Part shown: one piece after another, positions 57,001-64,000 of the stretch
How the letters are laid out: each line of letters begins with the position of its first letter
Numbering within the stretch: the first letter of the stretch is position 1
DNA from: Phoronis australis
Lineage: Eukaryota > Animalia > Phoronida
Direction: 5' to 3'
Assembly (NCBI GenBank): GCA_002633005.1
Contig: NMRA01000026.1
Span: 255,407 to 319,406 of the forward strand
DNA: 64,000 nt
The notes under the pieces: generated by a model
What the model saw: only the letters and a program-made list of their open reading frames with translations
Told to the model about the DNA's origin: nothing
Databases searched by the model: none
Made by a program: the position numbers and the translations under genes

Positions 57001-60000
57001 TCATTACCAAGTCAATGTTTGGTTTTCATACTCATCAAGAATAAACTTTGTATTGAATTTTCGATGTTATTTAAATGAATTGGGTCGTTTTCATACATAT
57101 AAAATTTAGTCATCAAATCTGTAATCCATGTCATTCATCACCAGCCGATAATGCTTGTACAATCTTTGAATTTTTTTGCGTTGACGTTTACTTAGTACCC
57201 AGAAATCGTATTGATTGACATGGCTGGGCATGGTTATAGTCTTTAAATGATTTGATTTTCTTTTGTTGTTTTTTGGATGTGAGCTGTTACTGTTGTACAC
57301 AATTGAGAACTCAAAATTCACCTGGTGTCGCCTTGAAGCACGGAAACCTTAACATAGAAATGCCTGCATACAGGTGAATCATGTGGGTCTCGTATCACGC
57401 CTGACACCCCAGTGTTAATGAACTGCTTTCTGCTCTCAATGTATTCACGTGCCAAAAAGAGGGACCTTTATTCATGAGCGCCATCTATTGAATACTAAGT
57501 CCCCCATTTCTCTTTGTTGAACTAGTGAACCTAACAAAATCAGATCCACTTACTGTGGTCAATGTTCTCTGTCTTATTTGTATGACAGACCAAGCTACTT
57601 GCTGAGTGTCAGTTAAAGAAGACCGAGCTAGAAGGCGCTCTTGCCGATGTTGAGCGGACAGCCAAAGACCAGCTGCAGCACCTGGCTGGCCAGAGTGAAG
57701 CTGCGGTGGAGGCTGCCCAGACTAAACTACAGGAGTCTCATAGTCTCATACAGGAGTTGCACAGCTTCGTCAAAGTAAGCCATCGCAGCATTCGTGGAGC
57801 CCATTTTATGAAAAGTCACAAGTCTGGTTTTAGCGAATGTGGTCATAGGCACGTTATTGCAGACGCAACGCTGTGTTTTTGAAAGAGCAAAAATATTGCA
57901 TCTGCTGTAAAGTTGGCAATTTTTCCCATTCTGGCTTTACCTTCTGCCTTCAGGAACGACATTTGGGAGCTGTGTACAAATTGAAATTGAAATTACGAAC
58001 ATCTTAACTACGACCATCCTAAGACTTTTGATAAAAGGGGCCACTGGTCTGCTAAATTCATAGGAACTATTCATTTGTGTGAAGCTAGCGGCCACTATAT
58101 TTTGGCCCAAGTGTCAGTTGTATATAAAGTTGTGTTTATATCAGAGCTGTTGGTGTGCAACTGAATTCTTAAAACTAAGTAAATTAAGACATGCACGCAA
58201 TAGACAGCTACAAGTGAACCTTTGGCGCATGGGCATAATGTACAAACACTTGTGTTGAATAATAAAGATTATGTAGAACCCTAGAAAAAATCCAAATTTG
58301 GCTAACTTTGGAACGTCATGTTTAAAAATTGTGCCTACTTGCCCATTAGGCCTACTCCCATAATTCAATGCTTCAGGTGGCCATTTTTTTGTTAGGGAAA
58401 CTTGCTTAAAAACAATTCCGATTTGGTATGTTGCATTAATGTGGTATTGCATGACCTCAACAAACTGTGAATGATCTCTGGGCAGAAAAATGTTTAGAGA
58501 AAACGTTCTACATACAACTGTCTTGTGTCGTGAGAACAGAAAGGCATCTTTCACTTTGACCCAATGTCTAATTCTGGCGTGCTAGACAGGCAGAGTGGAC
58601 AGGGAGAAAGGGCAATTTCTTTCATTCACGACAATTTTGAGACTTTCAACATCATGACTGGCAATTTCATGGCGTGATGGTCGCAAAGAATTTTTAAGAA
58701 ATTCTGAGAAATCCCACTGCATTAAACTCATAAAAGAATGCAGAGCGCTGTCTACAAAATAGTATATCGCCATTTTGGGACACAGTATACATCATTTGGC
58801 TGCCACTGTATCTGAAAGTGGTTATTAATAAGACAAAATGATTTTCTGTCAACAGCACTGCACTGGTCCTTCAGTACAAGACAAAAGTAATCGACAAAAT
58901 ACCATTTTCTCATCGTGTTGGTTAATTCTGTCAACACCAAAAATGAATGGTAATAACCATCTAGTTACAGAATGGCTTTGTCACCTTACTAACTAATCAC
59001 AGAATGGATTAGTCTCCTTACTAACTAATTTCAGAATGGCTTAGTCTCCTTACTAACTAATTACAGAATGGCTTAGTCTCCTTACTAACTAATTACATAA
59101 TGGCTTAGTTTCCTTACTAACTAATTACAGAATGGATTAGTCTCCTTACTAACTAATTACAGAATGGATTAGTCTCCTTACTAACTAGTTACAGAATGGC
59201 TTAGTCTCCTTACTAACTAATTACAGAATGGCTTAGTCACCTTACTAACTAATTACAGAATGGCTTAGTCACCTTACTAACTAATTACACAATGGCTTAG
59301 TCACCTTACTAACTACAGAATGGCTTAGTCACCTTACTAATTAATTTCAGAATGGCTTAGTCTCCTTACTAACTAGTTACAGAATGGCTTAGTCACCTTA
59401 CCAACTAATTACAGAATGGCTTAGTCACCTTACTAACTAATTACAGAATGGCTTAGTCACCTTACAAACTTCCGTTTTAATTTCTCTTCATTCTGTCATA
59501 ACGGAAAACTACTCTGATCGTGAATTCGGTTTCCATCCAACCATCGTGATGGGAATTTTGTCTGAATACTTTTGGCTTGTACTCAAGGCTTCATTTTGGT
59601 CCCCCCTCATCAGTTTTAGATGAAGGCAGTTTCCGTGCAAAGTTGCCGACATCTACCCTGCTATCTTATATGTCTGTCTCTAGCTAAATCTATGTCAGCA
59701 CGATTTAAGCTTTAAATTTGTTGTCAGCATTATTGGGGTTAGGGCAACTGGATCCTCACTACTACTGCATTGATTGTGTGACCTGGCAACCACTGAACAC
59801 TCTCACGATTTGTCTCCCCTGTAGACGCTGTCTGTGGAGATTCTGCGAGGTGTGCAGAATGCTCGCATGTTGATTCGTCAGCAGAAGAACAGGGCGAGGT
59901 CGGAGTCACGACGCAAGGCCCAGCGCGAGATGGAGCGGGCACAGGATGTAGCCAGGAACATATTGAACATTGGTCAGACAGAGCTGGACGAACTGATGGA

Positions 60001-62410
60001 AGAGGAAGAGTTGGAGAAGGAGGTGAGTCATCGTAGCAGATGACATATTGAAGGAATTCCAAAAAGCTAATATTTCATAGTTATATTCTTAATGTCACCT
60101 AAGCCTTACCTAGGGTATCCACTCCTCCTTGTTCGTGAACCGCCTGTATGTCATTAAATGCATTCTTTTCTCACAATTTTTGTTTACTCAGCAATTTTGT
60201 TCTTGTGAACTTCTTTCCTTTCTCATCAACTTCAACTACTTTATCAGAAATGGTGTTTTCTTCAAACAAATTGTTTGTGAGAAATGAATGTCATCGGGAA
60301 AAACGTAAATTTGATGAGAGATGAAGATTGGCTACCCATGACAGGTGACTATTTTACTCAAACATTTTAACTATTTGACTTTGTAAGTTAAAATTTAAAG
60401 CTCATAGGTTGTAAAAAATTAACTTACTTTTAAAGAACAAGCCATTGTTTCAGTGAATACCTTTGTCAAAAGCTGTCTGATCATGAAAAGTATTTGAAAA
60501 CCGCCTGAAATCCTACAAGTCTTGTTAATAACAGAGTGTGACACATGTCCAGATATACTGCCGGCGACATCTCAGTTGTCTCAAATTAGTTTCATCCCAG
60601 TAACGTGACATGGAAAATCAAGGTTTTATGAAAATACATGCCGATTCTTCTGGACCATCCAATTGTAGGGTTATCGTAACGGCCGACTTACAATTTTTGA
60701 AAGCCGAATATGAAAAAATTTTGAATTTTCTACTGGCTTGTAAAGCTATTGACAAGCTCTCGCTAACACTTCCGTTTTGCTGTGATTTCGTAGACAATGG
60801 AAAATGACCTTGCCAGACACAAGGATCGTAAGTGGTCCAAGAAATGGGAACGACTGCTAGCTACGAAGGTGAGTGGATACAGGACATGCACAGCAGGCTT
60901 CTACGAATTGTCGTTATTATTGTCTACCCAGATAGTCCCAGTAATACTTCATGGGAGCATTCACACATTACATCACCACTCGAGGGGAGGGGGTTTGGAA
61001 AAGATAACGATTTATGACATGGGCAGGGGTTTTGACTCGTCATGACGTCATCATGTGGTTCATTAGAATGTCTCCATCATGGTAGTTATCGTTGGGAAAC
61101 TGGTTCACCTTCCAGAAGAGTTGTTTTGACAAAGAATTCCAACCACCAAATAATGTATTCGAACGCCTGAAATGTTTATATTGTTAAAATGGAAAAAAGA
61201 ATTGACGATTTGAGAGTTGAAATGGTGCATAACTTTACTTCACTGCTGAATACAATAGAGGCAAATGCAGCTTACAATTATGAAGAAACATTTAGGTTGC
61301 TATTAGAATCTGGAATCTCCAACAGAATTTCGGTTCTTCTAGAAACAGGGAGTTGTTGTAATGACATAATTAGAGGCAGGACAGCGGATTTATACCATGG
61401 TGATGGGTGATGACAGGGGGGTAAAGGGGGTAAAAAGTTAGTAGCAAATTTTTGGATGATGTAATATGTGAAGGTTCCATTACCAACATATTAAGAAAAC
61501 ACAAAGCAGTCGCTCAAACAGAGGCTCGTAAAGTAATGAGGTAATCTTTTTCACACTGTATCATGCCACTATGAGAACAAAGGGCAAAATTAGCTGTATT
61601 GAATAAGGGTCTGAACTGTATGCTATATAAGGATTTTTGTGGCAGTGTATGTGAATGAAAGCCAGTAAGATCAACTATTGGTTACAATTTGCAATTCATG
61701 ACACTAGTGAGCTTAGAGTATTCTGTTCAAAGCAACCAAATTTATGCTTTACTGTTCAATGTAGGCATTTAGTTTTGTGATAGGAAAGTGGTGGGTAGTA
61801 CACTGATTGTGGGACTTTAAAGTGGGACTTGCATGCTGATTCCTTATCTCTGTGATTGCTTGGTCAAATTAGTTGGAAACACAACATATATCAACGATGT
61901 GAATGTGAAGTATGCTGAAAATTGCCAGATGTGTTTAAGAATGAATTTTGTGTCCAAAATGATCTTCCGTATATCACTCAACAGTGTCCAGTAAGTATCG
62001 TGACATGGTGTTGGGGAATAACACTGCATGATGCAGGCTATGTGAGCCGCCAAGGTAAGTCTTTAGTGCAAAGGTCACCTATCTGCAGGTTTTTTATTTT
62101 CACATTCACAGGTTGTCTATGAATACAACTGCACTTTTTTAGCAAATAGCATCATCGTTTAGTTGCTGCTATACAGTAGCATAGTTAGGAGCATGCAAAT
62201 ACATCTTTAAGGGCTACTGGTATAAACAATTGTGCTGCGGTACTTTGTTCGAGTCGTGAAAATCTGACTGATGCATCTTCAACTTGTGCAAGTTTTATTG
62301 TATTTCCATACTGCGTCTTATTTCAGCACGACTTCGCTGTACCCCTAGTAGAAGTTATGATGGAGAAAGTTGAAGAGAGAGTACAGCTCCTCAGTCGGCT
62401 GCGGACGTAA
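42017..62410 (+). CDS. CNTLN: Centlein (centrosomal coiled-coil protein), 5'-partial; exons 42017-42145, 42911-43011, 43405-43499, 43809-43897, 44554-44640, 46000-46111, 47754-47854, 48435-48601, 49631(or 49637)-49905, 50278-50418, 51869-51966, 54392-54500, 55968-56027, 56736-56831, 57589-57774, 59825-60022, 60794-60868, 62327-62410; ~730 aa visible
   Basis: Spliced translation includes ALWNELTHFKSESKNLAVEKMNLEEELDSLRV (recalled human AVWNELAYFKRENQELMIQKMNLEEELDELKV), LNRSIEQMSAIFDEFDNKDWEELS, LERDISQKRILLDDFRLK, QLQHLAGQSEAAVEAAQ, ARNILNIGQTELDELM and FAVPLVEVMMEKVEE. All junctions are GT-AG and phase-consistent. Stop TAA at 62408-62410. Confidence 0.92.
46632..46790 (+). mobile_element. 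GC-rich MITE family B, full-length copy
   Basis: Imperfect TIRs CAGTGGCAGATTTAG / CTGGATCCGCCCATG. Internal sequence shared with the 36.5-kb and 38.1-kb copies. Confidence 0.7.
53608..53805. mobile_element. Head-to-head tRNA-SINE fragments forming an inverted repeat
   Basis: GCAGATACTTTAGTCCACTGGGCCATCAGGACCAC (53608-53641) is the approximate reverse complement of GTGGTCCCAATGCCTCTGTGGACTAGAGTGTCTGC (~53672-53706). A B-box-like GGTTCAAGGCC follows. Confidence 0.55.
54647..55796. repeat. Tandem repeat, ~386-bp unit x3, highly identical, in a CNTLN intron
   Basis: Unit starts ATTCACCCATTTGCCA at ~54647, ~55031 and ~55417. Confidence 0.95.
58961..59465 (+). repeat. 32-bp minisatellite (TTACAGAATGGCTTAGTCWCCTTACTAACTAA), ~15-16 copies, in a CNTLN intron
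   Basis: Directly visible tandem array. Confidence 0.95.
62015..62210 (+). repeat. Interspersed repeat family A, copy 3
   Basis: Matches 5620-5810 and 15080-15285. Confidence 0.75.
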
Positions 62411-63244
62411 CTGTGTGCCAACTGGGACATGGGTTACACCCTCGTGTGCTTTAACTCCCCAAGTGTCACGCTTGCAAACTACACACTGAACTAGCGTTTA
62501 TTTTCACCCATTTAAGGATGGTTACCAATGTTACTTAAAGTGGCATTTCTCCCCACTTAGCCGTCACTTTAAACATGTTTCGAGTTCTTAACCTAAAAAC
62601 CAACTGACCTATTTTTGAATGGAATTCCCTGCACTCCATTTCTTAATTACAAAGTTGACCAAGTCCGATAAAATTGAGAATTTTTCAATGTGTTTTTTTT
62701 TGACCAAGTGAGGCTTTGATAACGAGTTCTATCATGACATGGACATTTTTGAGACTGATTGTATACCAGTGGACAACCAGATTCTGTTTTAGTCAGCTAT
62801 ACAGAGCAGAATGCAGCTTTAAATGAAAAGGGCAGGATTCTAAAGTCAATACAGCGAAGTTCGTATATCAAATTTATACATTTGTAATTTTAGCTTTAGT
62901 AATAGCTGGTAGAGTATGCTGTGTGTCAAAATCAGCTAGTCAATATTCGACAGGATGTGGGTACTGGGAAACCTGTCCAAAGACTGCCCATTGCAACTCT
63001 GCTAGTGATGTCCCCGAGAACGCTAAATGTAAAGGTTTAACAGGATCAAGATGGAATATTGGAATTTAAATTTGTATCACATTCTAAGAAGTCCTTGAGA
63101 GCAACTTGAAAGATGAAACAACGGTTTAATGCGCTATGAGCTTCCCCTATTGCTCAAAGCGCAACAACGGAAAGCTGTTGTCACCTTACCTATCTTTGAT
63201 GAAACTTAATTATTTCACGAAATATATATTGCACGTTTTGTATA

Positions 63245-63310
63245 AAGTAATAAAAATACTTAATAAGCTATTGTAAATACTGTAAATAAATATGCATTAT
63301 TTAATAAACA
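63245..63310 (+). terminator. Cluster of AATAAA polyadenylation signals, probable CNTLN 3' end
   Basis: Three AATAAA hexamers in an AT-rich block ~850 nt after the CNTLN stop. Confidence 0.4.
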
Positions 63311-64000
63311 CTTTAATACCTTATAAAGTTATTTATTAACATTTATTAAATGGTACTGAAACAAAGGGTTCAAGAAATAAGCTGCGACTGTATGGAATGT
63401 AAAAGGATGAATCATTCAAAAATGCATTAAGCAGGGTAGACAATCTTTTCCTTCACGGCTCACACAGTTGGTTTCATAAACAACGTCCTTTTTTCATTAA
63501 CTCAAATCTTTTCTTAAGAGCTGTACTTTTTTCATGAACTGCAATTCAGTTCATACGAATGCAGTTTTCTCCGTTAACCACATTTTGTTTTAAAAATTGA
63601 CAGAAGGCTGAGGTGCACATGCTTGGTACCATGTATTAAATATGTGCACTGTAATTTGTAAGATATGTAAAAAATTGTAATGGTAAGAACACAATTGCAG
63701 CACATGAGAAAATAATTACAGCTCGCGAGAAAAGAAGTACATCCACGAGAAGATGCAATTTCAACACTTGAGGGAGGAAAATTGCCTTGGCCGACAAGGT
63801 GTTCCATGTGAAGACAAATGGACAATAAATATACCATGTACAATGAAAAAACAAGGATGACATTTAACTGAACGACGTTCAATATCACACCAACACAGTT
63901 ACAATGAGTCGGCCACTACCTGTGTGACACTCAACTGTGGAATAGAGATGTGCAAAAACAGGTGTTACATGGGATGAATACAGCATGGAGACTGAACCCT

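Noticed and set aside
58961-59465. Regular 32-bp array resembling a CRISPR
   Set aside because: There are no unique spacers and no cas genes, and the context is a eukaryotic intron. It is a minisatellite.

Overview
Eukaryotic (metazoan) draft-assembly DNA, AT-rich, with GT-AG introns. Gene content and repeat style suggest an invertebrate deuterostome such as a hemichordate (inference). I reconstructed four spliced protein-coding genes by hand, with consistent exon phases: an NmrA-like/NMRAL1 gene (+, 1678-5078), UBAC1/KPC2 (-, 16888-7521), a C1orf53/DUF5522-type gene with an unusually long N-terminus (-, 40430-36281) and the C-terminal ~730 aa of centlein/CNTLN (+, 42017-62410). The 5' half of centlein is absent, and a single N at 41659 just upstream probably marks a contig join. 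A fifth, unrecognised locus (-, 23197-21350) has a TATA box and a signal peptide and encodes a dibasic-site-rich 112-aa precursor. Its frame continues through several TAG stops with Cys spacing that loosely resembles a Spaetzle/neurotrophin cystine knot, so it is either a novel peptide precursor or a decaying growth-factor gene. Non-coding highlights are a Helentron/DINE-like repeat carrying an array of CTCF-consensus motifs about 150 bp apart, an intronic 32-bp minisatellite with the branch-point/STAR-protein motif TACTAAC in nearly every unit, a 3x386-bp tandem repeat, several MITEs and tRNA-derived SINE heads. All homology calls come from recalled protein sequences, not from searches.
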